A DNA stretch of 64,000 nt. Source: an uncultured archaeon (GTDB lineage Archaea; Asgardarchaeota; Lokiarchaeia; Sigyniarchaeales; SOKP01). Below the pieces are notes generated by a model, which saw only the letters and a program-made list of their open reading frames with translations, made no database searches and was not told where the DNA came from. The first letter of the stretch is position 1. Each line of letters starts with the position of its first letter. Below, piece after piece: positions 1 to 9,439 of the stretch. Made by a program: the position numbers and the translations under genes. The stretch spans positions 67,672 through 131,671 of the forward strand of contig CAZWEM010000005.1 of NCBI GenBank assembly GCA_964632315.1. Reading direction: 5' to 3'.

Positions 1-585
1 ATCTTCTGAAAACTTGTTTTCTACAAATCTTCGAACGATGCTTGTTTTTCCCACTTTATGATCTCCAAGAACTACGAATTTAAACCGATATTTCCCTCCA
101 GAGTCTAACCTCATCTGATAAATTTGATCTTTTATTCTTGAGGACCTTTCATCAATTTCAGATTCTACTTCAAAATTTGGAAATGTTAACTGAATTAAAT
201 CTCCTTCACTTAGAGTTAGTACTTGTGCGACTTTTTCAGCTAAAAAATACGCATAAGGGGATATAATGTCTATTGAACCTAAATTATTTAAAACAACACT
301 GAGCGTAGTATCTTCATCAATTGAAATGAAGAGAAGCCGATAATCGTCAGTATCGAAGCTTGCTGTTCCAAATCTTTTAAAAGCAAACTCATTTCTGATT
401 CTTTCCAATATTGGGTTAATTAAAGTGGTAAGTACTGAAATTAATTCCATATCCACACTTTTCTTTTTCTCTCCAGCAATAACAAAACCTTCATGATCCG
501 ATACAATCACAGCCTCTAACTGAGAATTGATCTTTAGAAAACTTTTCAACAAATCCTTAAATAATTTATCTTGAGCGAGTGACAT
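1..585 (-). CDS. Roadblock/LC7 domain - Rab-like small GTPase fusion, runs off the left edge; paralog of 57380..59014
   Basis: Not in the ORF track. ATG at 585 gives MSLAQDKLFKDLLKSFLKINSQLEAVIVSDHEGFVIAGEK...RFKFVVLGDHKVGKTSIVRRFVENKFSED. It has the roadblock motif (AVIVSDxEGFVIA) and a P-loop GDHKVGKT, and is colinear with the first 195 aa of 57380..59014. Confidence 0.93.
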   Translation of the reverse strand, partial: MSLAQDKLFKDLLKSFLKINSQLEAVIVSDHEGFVIAGEKKKSVDMELISVLTTLINPILERIRNEFAFKRFGTASFDTDDYRLLFISIDEDTTLSVVLNNLGSIDIISPYAYFLAEKVAQVLTLSEGDLIQLTFPNFEVESEIDERSSRIKDQIYQMRLDSGGKYRFKFVVLGDHKVGKTSIVRRFVENKFSED

Positions 586-688
586 GATGAATTTTCGATT
601 AAAATAGATATATTAACGTGTATTCACAATATTTTTTTAGTTTTGCGATTAGTATTGCTAAATTTAATTATTAATTTTACTGATTATC

Positions 689-1264
689 ATGGTAAATTGC
701 ATAATCTGCCATTTAGAAATCAAAGATATAGAACCTTTTTTATATTCATGTCCAAATGGGCATCAAGTTCATCAAGATTGTCTAAAAAGCTGGCTTTTAC
801 ATTCAAATAATTGTCCCTTATGTCGAGAGCCTTATTCACCCAAAATAATTGCAAAATTTCAGAAATTTCTTGAAGAAGAACAAAAAAAAGAGCAAATGGA
901 ACTTGAAGCTAAAATAAGAAAAGAAAAGAAAATCGAAATTGAAAAGACAGCAAAAAGAATAACACTTTTAAAAATAAAAGAAAAGGTTGAGAATGATATA
1001 GTCCAAAAAGAATTTGAACAAGCTTTGGTTTATTTAGATTCTTTTGGAGATCTAACAATTACTACCAGTAAAGGACAAACAATACTTTTTTTAAAAGGAA
1101 AAGTTAATTATCATCGCGGGAGATACGATCTCGCAATTAATCAACTTTTTAGACTTGTTAAGGAAAATTTTGATTTTCCTGAAGCTTTTTTATTTCTTGG
1201 AAAATCTTATGAGACTCTTGGTCTCTTGGATAAGGCAAAATGGGCTTTTGAAAGAGTTAAATAA
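689..1264 (+). CDS. RING-H2 zinc finger + TPR protein, putative E3 ubiquitin ligase
   Basis: C4-x2-C7...C21-x3-H25-x2-H28-x2-C31-x3-W35...C42-P-L-C45, then a charged coiled coil and C-terminal TPRs (FLKGKVNYHRGRYDLAI; AFLFLGKSYETLGLLDKAKWAF). Confidence 0.85.
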   Translation: MVNCIICHLEIKDIEPFLYSCPNGHQVHQDCLKSWLLHSNNCPLCREPYSPKIIAKFQKFLEEEQKKEQMELEAKIRKEKKIEIEKTAKRITLLKIKEKVENDIVQKEFEQALVYLDSFGDLTITTSKGQTILFLKGKVNYHRGRYDLAINQLFRLVKENFDFPEAFLFLGKSYETLGLLDKAKWAFERVK

Positions 1265-1284
1265 TTTAGATCCTTACTTAATTT

Positions 1285-2673
1285 ATGAAACCTATTTGTT
1301 TAACGATTGCTGGTTCTGATCCTAGTTCAGGTGCGGGTATTCAAGCGGATATTAGAACTTTTGATCGCTGTGGAGTTCATCCTTTTTCAGTTATAACCGC
1401 ACTCACTTTTCAAACCACTAATTCATTTGGGGGATACATATCTTTATCAAAATACTTGGAAAAACAATTAAAAGTATTATTTGATACGTATCCAATAAAA
1501 GTAGTAAAAATAGGAATGATTCCTGACAGAAAATCCTTAGAAATCATCAAAGGTTACATTATTGAATATAATTTAAATGTAGTTCTTGATCCTGTCTCAA
1601 TTGCTAGTGCTGGAGGAAGATTATCAACTGAGGGTATAGAGCATGAAATCGAAAGAAATTTATTTCCCATAGTTTCAATAATTACACCTAATTTTGCAGA
1701 AGCATTACTCTATGCCAATAGTGAAAGAGAATCAATAAAAAATTTAGATACTGTTAAAAAACTTGGTTCCATTCTTCTTGATAAGCTAGTTTTACCAGAT
1801 AAAAAACATGAGAAGGCAGTTGTTATTAAGAGTGTAATGATTCCAAATAATGATGAGATTTATGATCTCGCTATCTTGCAAGGATCTAAAAAAGATGAAA
1901 AAATGTATCGCCTCTTTAAAAAGAGAAAGGAAAAATTAAGGAGTAATGTTCATGGCACTGGTTGCATTTTTTCTTCTTCAATTGCGGCTTTTTTAGCAAA
2001 AGATTATTCATTATTGGAAGCTATCGAAAAAGCTGAAATCTTTTTTGATGAGAAATTCCAGAGGATTATAGATTTTCCAAGTTCTGGCTTAACCATAGAT
2101 TTGACATATTCCGAGGAAAAAATTAGAGTAATCAATCAGATAAAACAAATATATAACTTTATATCACAAGATAAGAAATTTTCCAATTTAATTCCTGAAG
2201 TAAGGATGAATATATCAGGAAGCCTTCCTTCAGCAAAAAGTAAAGAAGATGTAGCAGGAATTGAAGGACGAATAACTATTATCAATGAATATCCTAAAGC
2301 AATTGGAGAAATAAAGTTTGGTGTATCGGATCATACTGCTAGATTAATTCTTACAGCAAAAGAATTCGATGATTCGATAAATTATGTGATAAATCTCAAA
2401 TATGAAAAAAAGTGGATTGAAAAACTTATCCAGAGTAATAAGTTAATGTTGCAGGAAATCAAAAGAGAAGAGCAACCAAAAACTATAGCTCAGAGAGAAT
2501 ATTCAACCATGCAATGGCTAATTCAGAATAGTATTAAAAGTACTGGGAAAATGGTAGACATTGTATGGGATAAAGGTTCTTTCGGAAAAGAACCCATGAT
2601 ACGTCTGTTCAGTAAAGATGCTAATGATATGATTGTAAAACTTCGTCTTATAAAACAAATTTTATTTTCATAA
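1285..2673 (+). CDS. thiDN: Bifunctional HMP/HMP-P kinase and thiamine-phosphate synthase (ThiD-ThiN)
   Basis: LTIAGSDPSSGAGIQAD, VKIGM, VVLDPV, ITPN, HGTGC (ThiD); LIPEVRMN, GVSDHTAR, GKEPMI (ThiN). Confidence 0.93.
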   Translation: MKPICLTIAGSDPSSGAGIQADIRTFDRCGVHPFSVITALTFQTTNSFGGYISLSKYLEKQLKVLFDTYPIKVVKIGMIPDRKSLEIIKGYIIEYNLNVVLDPVSIASAGGRLSTEGIEHEIERNLFPIVSIITPNFAEALLYANSERESIKNLDTVKKLGSILLDKLVLPDKKHEKAVVIKSVMIPNNDEIYDLAILQGSKKDEKMYRLFKKRKEKLRSNVHGTGCIFSSSIAAFLAKDYSLLEAIEKAEIFFDEKFQRIIDFPSSGLTIDLTYSEEKIRVINQIKQIYNFISQDKKFSNLIPEVRMNISGSLPSAKSKEDVAGIEGRITIINEYPKAIGEIKFGVSDHTARLILTAKEFDDSINYVINLKYEKKWIEKLIQSNKLMLQEIKREEQPKTIAQREYSTMQWLIQNSIKSTGKMVDIVWDKGSFGKEPMIRLFSKDANDMIVKLRLIKQILFS

Positions 2674-3213
2674 ACCAGATGCAATCTTGTGCGCTAATAG
2701 TAATTGTTCTGGAAGCCTAGATCTTTTAGCAAATTTCTTTAAGAATTGATGTACGCTTTTTAGTTCTAAGCCCTTATATTGAAAAAATACAGCATTTTTC
2801 CCAGCAGGAGTAACATAAGAATGTTGTTTTCCAGCCCTTTCAATAATTAACCTTCGTAATTCATAATCAGGCAAATTGCGGGCTGCTTCGTCAAATTGTC
2901 CTTTAGGAGTATTCTCTGTCACGGAGATAATTGGTTTATTTAATTCCATAAAAATTCTTTCAATGTCTATAAGATTGAAGCCAGCAGTAGTAATTCCATG
3001 TGTCAATATTATTTGAAACTGATCAATAATAGGGTTTAACACTTTTAAAATCATTTCAGTAGAATTTAATCCATCGACATCTATACTGGTATGAGTAAAA
3101 TGCTCCATGTAAACTCCTCGACAAATAATAAAAACTAACTCCGTAGTCAAATAATCTCTTTCATGAGGAGCATCATCAATTGCTACAGTGAAAACTCCAT
3201 TCTTGATGAACAT
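2668..3213 (-). CDS. DUF99 family protein (endonuclease V-like fold)
   Basis: AIDDAP, VDGLNST, GITTAGFNLIDI and RLPEQLLLAHKIASG match the DUF99 pattern. Confidence 0.82.
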   Translation of the reverse strand: MFIKNGVFTVAIDDAPHERDYLTTELVFIICRGVYMEHFTHTSIDVDGLNSTEMILKVLNPIIDQFQIILTHGITTAGFNLIDIERIFMELNKPIISVTENTPKGQFDEAARNLPDYELRRLIIERAGKQHSYVTPAGKNAVFFQYKGLELKSVHQFLKKFAKRSRLPEQLLLAHKIASGL

Positions 3214-3321
3214 TTTGAGTATTTATAATATTTTTCTATTTATTGCTATCTTATCAACCATAAATATCATTTGATTGATATTTATTTTAATCAAAAAAGA
3301 TTCAAAAACTTGGTTTGTTCT

Positions 3322-4635
3322 TTATATTATTTTTTTTGAGGCTTTTTTAGCAAGAGCATCTTTCAATATTTTAATTGCACAAAATTCTCCGCACATTGAA
3401 CATACATCATCATCAATATTACCGTTACGATAGTGAATCTCTTTTGAAAGTTCGGGATCAATAGATTGTTTAATCATTTCTTCCCAATCAAGATTTTTAC
3501 GAGCTAAATCCATTTTATAGTCCCATCTCGATGCCCTCTTTCCATATTTTGCTATATTTACAGCATGAGCAGCAATCTTTGATGCTATAACGCCCCTTTT
3601 CACTTCATCTAAATTTGGAAGGGCTAAATGTTCCGAAGGAGTAACATAACATAAGTAATCTGCACCAGCCATCCCAGCCATTACTCCACCTATAGCACTA
3701 GTAATATGATCATATCCGGGCGCAATATCCGTAACGAGTGGTCCTAGAACGTAGAAAGGAGCATGATCACATAATGACTTCATGATCTTTATGTTTCTTT
3801 CAATTTCATTAGCAGGTATGTGACCAGGGCCTTCAACCATCACCTGAATATTTTGTTTCCATGCTCGCTTGACCAATTTAGAGATTTCAATTAACTCTTG
3901 AATTTGAGATTGATCTGTTGCATCGAAAATACTACCAGGCCTCATTCCATCTCCTAGAGATAAGGTAAAATCATATTCCTTGGCCAATTCTAGTAGATAG
4001 TCAAATTGATTATTAAAAGGGTTCTCTTTTTCATTTTCAAGTATCCATGCAGCAAGAAAGGTACCTCCCCTTGATACCACCCCCATCATTCTTGGATGAT
4101 CTTTCAAATACTCGACGATTTGTTTTGTAACTCCTACATGTATGGTAAAAAAGTCAACTCCTTCTTTTGCTTGTTCTTCAACTACACTGAATAAATCATC
4201 TTCATCAAAGTTAATGATTGCCCCCTTTTTCTCGAGTGCTCGTAATGCTGATTGGTATATCGGAACCGTCCCGATTGGAACTTTAACCTCCTTTAAAATA
4301 TTCTTACGAATGGCTATAACATCTTGTTCAGTGACCCCAGTACTAAGATCCATTATAGTATCGGCTCCAAATTTAGCTGCAATTTTAGCTTTTTCAAGCT
4401 CTTCTTTAATATTACAGACTCGTTTACTAGAACCTATATTCGCATTGATTTTAACAAGTAAACCTTCGCCAATCCCTATTGGATTTGTATCCCTTCTGTT
4501 TGATTTTGGAATGATAATTCGACCATGAGCGATTCCTTTCCTAATAAATTCCAGATCCAGTTCTTCCTTTTGAGCTATCACTTCCATTTCTTTTGTTGTT
4601 TTTCCATCCTTGGCAATCTTCATTAATAGGGACAA
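3322..4635 (-). CDS. thiC: Phosphomethylpyrimidine synthase ThiC
   Basis: KINANIGSS, ADTIMDLSTG, GTVPIYQ, VSRGG, SLGDGMRPG, EGPGH, GYDHITSAIG and C-terminal CSMCGEFC. Confidence 0.97.
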   Translation of the reverse strand: MSLLMKIAKDGKTTKEMEVIAQKEELDLEFIRKGIAHGRIIIPKSNRRDTNPIGIGEGLLVKINANIGSSKRVCNIKEELEKAKIAAKFGADTIMDLSTGVTEQDVIAIRKNILKEVKVPIGTVPIYQSALRALEKKGAIINFDEDDLFSVVEEQAKEGVDFFTIHVGVTKQIVEYLKDHPRMMGVVSRGGTFLAAWILENEKENPFNNQFDYLLELAKEYDFTLSLGDGMRPGSIFDATDQSQIQELIEISKLVKRAWKQNIQVMVEGPGHIPANEIERNIKIMKSLCDHAPFYVLGPLVTDIAPGYDHITSAIGGVMAGMAGADYLCYVTPSEHLALPNLDEVKRGVIASKIAAHAVNIAKYGKRASRWDYKMDLARKNLDWEEMIKQSIDPELSKEIHYRNGNIDDDVCSMCGEFCAIKILKDALAKKASKKII

Positions 4636-4787
4636 ATCTTTGAACCTTCGCTAATTTTATTCTTAAAAGTTATTATTCTATTGCTAAATAATGCTAATTG
4701 AATTAAATTCTTTTGTTTATAAAGAATTAATTGTTTTTTTTAGAAGGGAGAAAATAAATTATGAAAATAAAATAAAAAAAATTTAAT

Positions 4788-5117
4788 TTATACTTGGGGG
4801 GCTGTCAAATTTAATATCTTATAAGCTTCCGTGAAGTCAAGAATAACTTCAGCCTTATATTTTAGACCAGCGACCTTGGTTGCCATAAAGAGATTTTCTT
4901 TTGTTGTATACTCTAAAGCTTCTTTTTCTTTACCTTTCATGATGTTATCAAAACCATATGTTAGAATATTACCATCTTCACTTGAAGATACTCCAATACC
5001 TAGCATTTTCATAATGGATTTGTCTTGGGGATTATCTTTGAGCCAATCAACATATGCTTTACCTACTTTACTTCCTTCACTTGCGGGAAACCAAAGTCTA
5101 TTTAGTAAGATTGTCAA
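4788..5117 (-). CDS. Small hypothetical protein
   Basis: 109 aa ORF with TTG start preceded by an AGGTGA Shine-Dalgarno-like sequence; T-rich tract downstream. Confidence 0.75.
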   Translation of the reverse strand: MTILLNRLWFPASEGSKVGKAYVDWLKDNPQDKSIMKMLGIGVSSSEDGNILTYGFDNIMKGKEKEALEYTTKENLFMATKVAGLKYKAEVILDFTEAYKILNLTAPQV

Positions 5118-5245
5118 TTTTTTTCACCTTAAAATTTTTAGTTAATGAAGTTAAGATTTATGATATTAGATTTCGTGGTAGGTTGAGATTATACGATATT
5201 TTTTATAAATTTTTACATTTTTGTAAGACATCAAAAACCCAATAA

Positions 5246-5713
5246 TCAATAACCGATTTTAAGGTCTTTAAGTAATTCAATTAGAGATTCTGATAGTTTA
5301 TAATCTTTCAATTCATTAAAATTTACAAACTTAGCTTCTAATGCATCCGAATCGGGAACAGGCGGCTGATTCTTATTTTCATCTATTTGTTCTACGAAAT
5401 AATTAATTAGAATGTAATGGTATATTATCTTTCCTCCATTATCATACATTATTTTATCGATAATACCCGCTAATTTCACGACTTTAACCCTAAACCCAGT
5501 TTCTTCAAATCCTTCTCGTACAGCTGCTCTTTTAGTCTTCTCCCCGAGCTCAACATGACCACCGGGAATTGACCAATATCCCGCATCAGGATCGTATTTT
5601 CGCTTAACTAATAACAACTTTCTCTTTCGAATGAGTAAAATCCCAACTCCAACATGAGGTCTAACTGGATATCTTCTAGTATCAAAAGCTGTAAGTTCTT
5701 TAGGGTCAACCAT
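5246..5713 (-). CDS. NUDIX hydrolase (ADP-ribose pyrophosphatase/MutT-like)
   Basis: Nudix box PGGHVELGEKTKRAAVREGFEETG. Confidence 0.93.
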   Translation of the reverse strand: MVDPKELTAFDTRRYPVRPHVGVGILLIRKRKLLLVKRKYDPDAGYWSIPGGHVELGEKTKRAAVREGFEETGFRVKVVKLAGIIDKIMYDNGGKIIYHYILINYFVEQIDENKNQPPVPDSDALEAKFVNFNELKDYKLSESLIELLKDLKIGY

Positions 5714-5882
5714 AATTGTACCTACTTAAAACGTTTAAAAAATGAAAAACATACCTAAAATAAAGAATATACTGATCTTCAAAAAACTTCTGGTAATCAT
5801 GCGTAATTCAATTGATATGAGGAGGGCAGTTTATGTTACCATAAAAGATAAGTTTTTTAAAAAATAATTAAAACTACTGATT

Positions 5883-6374
5883 ATGGTAAGACCATGGTAT
5901 TGGCCAAGTGAAGGACAACCTCATAGGACTGAAGAATTTACATGGATAGTAAAAAACAAATTAGCTGTCAGTTGGTGGCCAGATCCTCCAGTATTCAAAC
6001 GCTATGAAAAGGAAGGGATAAAAGTAATAATTAATTGTTCAGAGTTCAATAATGAAAAGGATGTTCCTCAGAGGTTCATATATCACCATATAAACGTTCC
6101 AGATTATGGGTTACCGACTGAAAAACAAATAAAATATTTTCTTGAACTATGTAAACATCATGGTCAGCAAAATGAAGCGATAGTAGTGCATTGTGTTGCT
6201 GGATGTGGAAGAACAGGACAATTCGCAGTCCTCTGGGCAGCTTATAATGGGTATATACCAAAAGGGATGGATCCCGTAAAATGGATACGAAAGTTACGCC
6301 CTTGCAGTTTGGAAACGAGGGAACAGCAAGAAAGTGCTAGAAATTTAGCTCGAAAGTATCAATTTAAGCATTAA
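5883..6374 (+). CDS. Dual-specificity protein phosphatase (PTP/DSP family)
   Basis: HCX5R signature VVHCVAGCGRTG, acid loop VPDYGLP, C-terminal IRKLRPCSLETREQ. Confidence 0.92.
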   Translation: MVRPWYWPSEGQPHRTEEFTWIVKNKLAVSWWPDPPVFKRYEKEGIKVIINCSEFNNEKDVPQRFIYHHINVPDYGLPTEKQIKYFLELCKHHGQQNEAIVVHCVAGCGRTGQFAVLWAAYNGYIPKGMDPVKWIRKLRPCSLETREQQESARNLARKYQFKH

Positions 6375-6475
6375 TGCAAAATATAAATGTAATTAATTTT
6401 ATTAGATTATTTGTACTTGGATGCATTTTAAGCTTTAAAATGTATTATTAAATAAATGTTGCTATAAATTAAGGG

Positions 6476-7651
6476 ATGCACATGGACAAGTCAGATTATT
6501 TATACATGATATTAGACAATATAATGGCATTTAGCATTCAATTATCTCCAGAGTACCACGGAAATGATGTAAATTCACATCTTGAAAAATTTGATGAAGA
6601 AGCATTAAAGATTATTGCCGGATTCAATAAAAGCTTTCTTAAATACTTCTTAGATCTTTCAAAAGGTAAAACACAAAGAGATATCCAAGATACTTTAAAA
6701 AAGATGGAATTGATTTCTTACATGATCGGACCTATAGGAAATTTACATTACCTTGGAGAGGATCAAGTTCAATTCGTTCTAACTAAATTAAATTCTTTAA
6801 AGATTGATGACATAAATGAAGAAAAAATTAGTTTACTAGCTGACGATCGCTTGCGACAACAATTTGGATCGAATTCGGGAGATTATAATGCTACTGACGC
6901 TCTTGAAAATCAGTTGGCGAGTGCGGCGTTTTATCTCATGAATATGGGTTATTCAAGACAAGAGATCCAACAAAAATTCAATGAAGTAAGGCAAAACCCA
7001 TCAAAGTTAGGTGACTTATTTAACCTCCCAGAGAAAGAAATATACAATATGCCGGATGAAATTCATTATACCTCAAATAACAATTCTAGTTCTATTTCAT
7101 CTTCTGAACAACAAGTTTTAGAAGAACAAACTCCCACCTTACAAGAAGCTATTGCGCATCATGTAAAGTCCATTCACGAAGACATTACTGAAGAACGAGC
7201 TCAAAAAGTTGAGGAGATCTTGAATTTAATCAAGAATCATGTGAGAGAAGCAATTTCAGAATTGCAAGAAAAAGTATTCAAGCAAATGCATCCAGATCGA
7301 TTGAATAGAGCATATAAAATGCTAAAAGATACAAAAAGGAAATCAAAACGCATGGATTTACTTCTTGAATGGTTCACTGCAAGCCTACTCTTGTCCAAAA
7401 TCGAATTAAAGGTTGAGCATTGGCAAGTATCGTCTACTGCAACGCATGGAAGCGCGGGAGTATATACCGCAGGAATGGATTTTTCGAGATATGATCCAAT
7501 AATAAAGGAATTTTCCGATAATAAGTTGGAGAAAGTTCTTAATATTGCGAGAAAAATCTTACAAAAACCTTCTAAGAAAGCCATTCAGAAACTAGGGCAA
7601 GATTTAATAGCTGAAACTGGTTTTGATGAACATCTCTATTTTACAGATTGA
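6476..7651 (+). CDS. Hypothetical, mostly helical protein
   Basis: 391 aa ORF; two helical halves joined by a Ser/Asn-rich linker; no family motif recognised with confidence. Confidence 0.75.
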   Translation: MHMDKSDYLYMILDNIMAFSIQLSPEYHGNDVNSHLEKFDEEALKIIAGFNKSFLKYFLDLSKGKTQRDIQDTLKKMELISYMIGPIGNLHYLGEDQVQFVLTKLNSLKIDDINEEKISLLADDRLRQQFGSNSGDYNATDALENQLASAAFYLMNMGYSRQEIQQKFNEVRQNPSKLGDLFNLPEKEIYNMPDEIHYTSNNNSSSISSSEQQVLEEQTPTLQEAIAHHVKSIHEDITEERAQKVEEILNLIKNHVREAISELQEKVFKQMHPDRLNRAYKMLKDTKRKSKRMDLLLEWFTASLLLSKIELKVEHWQVSSTATHGSAGVYTAGMDFSRYDPIIKEFSDNKLEKVLNIARKILQKPSKKAIQKLGQDLIAETGFDEHLYFTD

Positions 7652-7787
7652 GTTTAGTGCACCCTTTTTATTTATGATTTTGTTTTTATTATAGCTGCGG
7701 AAGTATTAAGCGTGGTTATATATCCTAAAAAACATATTAATAAAAATATAACTTAATTTATTCATGATTATTATAGGATGATGATTT

Positions 7788-8501
7788 GTGACACAAGGAA
7801 TAGAATATGAGTTTGAAGTGAGGAAAAAGCCCACTTTCTCTTATATTGAAGTTGCTTTAAAGAAAGGGCAAGTAATTCAATGTGAAGGAGGGACTATGAT
7901 CTTTTTTGATCCAACATTAGAGATTTCCACGAAAAAAGCGAGTAAGGGTTTTTTTAAGTCTTTAAAAAGAGTGCTTGCTGGCGAAACTTTTTTTATGAAT
8001 ACTTTTAATGCTTTAGATGATGGTAGTTTAGGTTTAGCTCCAGCTTTTCCTGGTGATTTAATGCATATTCCCTTACAGAAAAATGATAGTTGGGTCCTAT
8101 TTAGTGGTTGTTTTGTTGCAAGTTCAGTTCATTTTGAAACCGAAACGAGCTTCTTGGGGTTAAAAAGATCGCTGTTCGGAGGGGAAAGAGCATTTTATCT
8201 ACAAATAGATGCATTAAATGGCGCAGGTGATTTATTTGTTGGAGCAATGGGTGCATTTCTTGAAGTTCCTTTAGCAGATGGTCAATTGTTTAATTGTGAT
8301 AATGGTCATCTCGTTGCTATGGAATCGAGTGTATCATTTGACATTAAAAAAGTAGGGGGCTTAAAGTCAACATTTCTTTCAGGAGAAGGACTTGTTGCCC
8401 AATTAACAGGTCCAGGTAGAGTAATAATGCAATCAAGAAATCCAAGGGAATTTGCGTTGTGGTTATATAACTTTATGCCAAAACCATCCCGTTCTCCTTA
8501 G
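7788..8501 (+). CDS. AIM24 / TIGR00266 family protein
   Basis: KRVLAGETFFMNTF, LAPAFPGD, GHLVA, FLSGEGLVAQLTGPGRVIMQSRN. Confidence 0.92.
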   Translation: MTQGIEYEFEVRKKPTFSYIEVALKKGQVIQCEGGTMIFFDPTLEISTKKASKGFFKSLKRVLAGETFFMNTFNALDDGSLGLAPAFPGDLMHIPLQKNDSWVLFSGCFVASSVHFETETSFLGLKRSLFGGERAFYLQIDALNGAGDLFVGAMGAFLEVPLADGQLFNCDNGHLVAMESSVSFDIKKVGGLKSTFLSGEGLVAQLTGPGRVIMQSRNPREFALWLYNFMPKPSRSP

Positions 8502-8572
8502 GTTTCAATTTTTTTTACTTTCATAGATATCAAAAATTAAATTAAAATTTAATAATAATTTTAGAATTAACT

Positions 8573-9373
8573 ATGCCTTACTTTAAATATAATAATATAG
8601 AGCTTTTTTACATCAAAGAGGGAAAAGGTGAGCCTCTTGTTTTAATCAGTGGATTAGGTAGCAAGAATTCTTGGGGTCTTCAAATTCCATTCTTTAAAGA
8701 AAAAATGATGGTAGTTTCTTTACATAATAGGGGGACAGGGAAGAGTTCACGGCCAAACTACCCATATTCGATGGATATGTATGTTGAAGATATCAATAAG
8801 TTACTCAATCATTTGGAAATAAAAAATAAGGTCTATCTATGCGGAATTTCGATGGGAGGAATGATTGTACAGCATTTTACTTTAAAATATCCAGAAAAAG
8901 TGAAAGCCTTAATTCTCTGTGCCACATCAGCATATTATGAAGAAGGATTAAATGTCATAGAATCTCAGAAATTAATGGAAGACAGCACTTATGAACAAAA
9001 ATTTAAAGTTCGACTTGCTGCTTTATATTCTCGACCTTTTAGGAAAAGATTAAAAAATGATTCTGAAAATTATGAAATTATAAGGAAAGCCTTTATTGAG
9101 GATCCTACCGAACTCAAGGATTACATCAATCAAGGAGCAGCAGTAGAAGATCACGATACTCGTGAAAGATTACACAAGATAGCGCAACCAACACTCATAT
9201 TAGTAGGAAATGAAGATCGAATTATTCTTGGACTTCATCATTCAGAACTATTACACGATAAAATTCCAAATTCAACTCTTAAGATAATAGAAAATACAGG
9301 ACATGGATTTGTCGTGGAACAATCAAAAAAAGTGAATGAGATAATTTATGAATTTATAAAAAAAAATTCATAG
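8573..9373 (+). CDS. Alpha/beta hydrolase (PcaD/lipase-like)
   Basis: Nucleophile elbow GISMGG, NRGTGKS, PTLILVGNED, GHG. Confidence 0.92.
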   Translation: MPYFKYNNIELFYIKEGKGEPLVLISGLGSKNSWGLQIPFFKEKMMVVSLHNRGTGKSSRPNYPYSMDMYVEDINKLLNHLEIKNKVYLCGISMGGMIVQHFTLKYPEKVKALILCATSAYYEEGLNVIESQKLMEDSTYEQKFKVRLAALYSRPFRKRLKNDSENYEIIRKAFIEDPTELKDYINQGAAVEDHDTRERLHKIAQPTLILVGNEDRIILGLHHSELLHDKIPNSTLKIIENTGHGFVVEQSKKVNEIIYEFIKKNS

Positions 9374-9439
9374 TTAAATGGTTTTATTTAGTAATTTCAA
9401 ATTCTTAATAAAATACCAATAGGAGATAAAAATCATTGT

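Noticed and set aside
4636-4787. TPP riboswitch upstream of thiC
   Set aside because: The region is very AT-rich, with no TPP aptamer core or GC stems.
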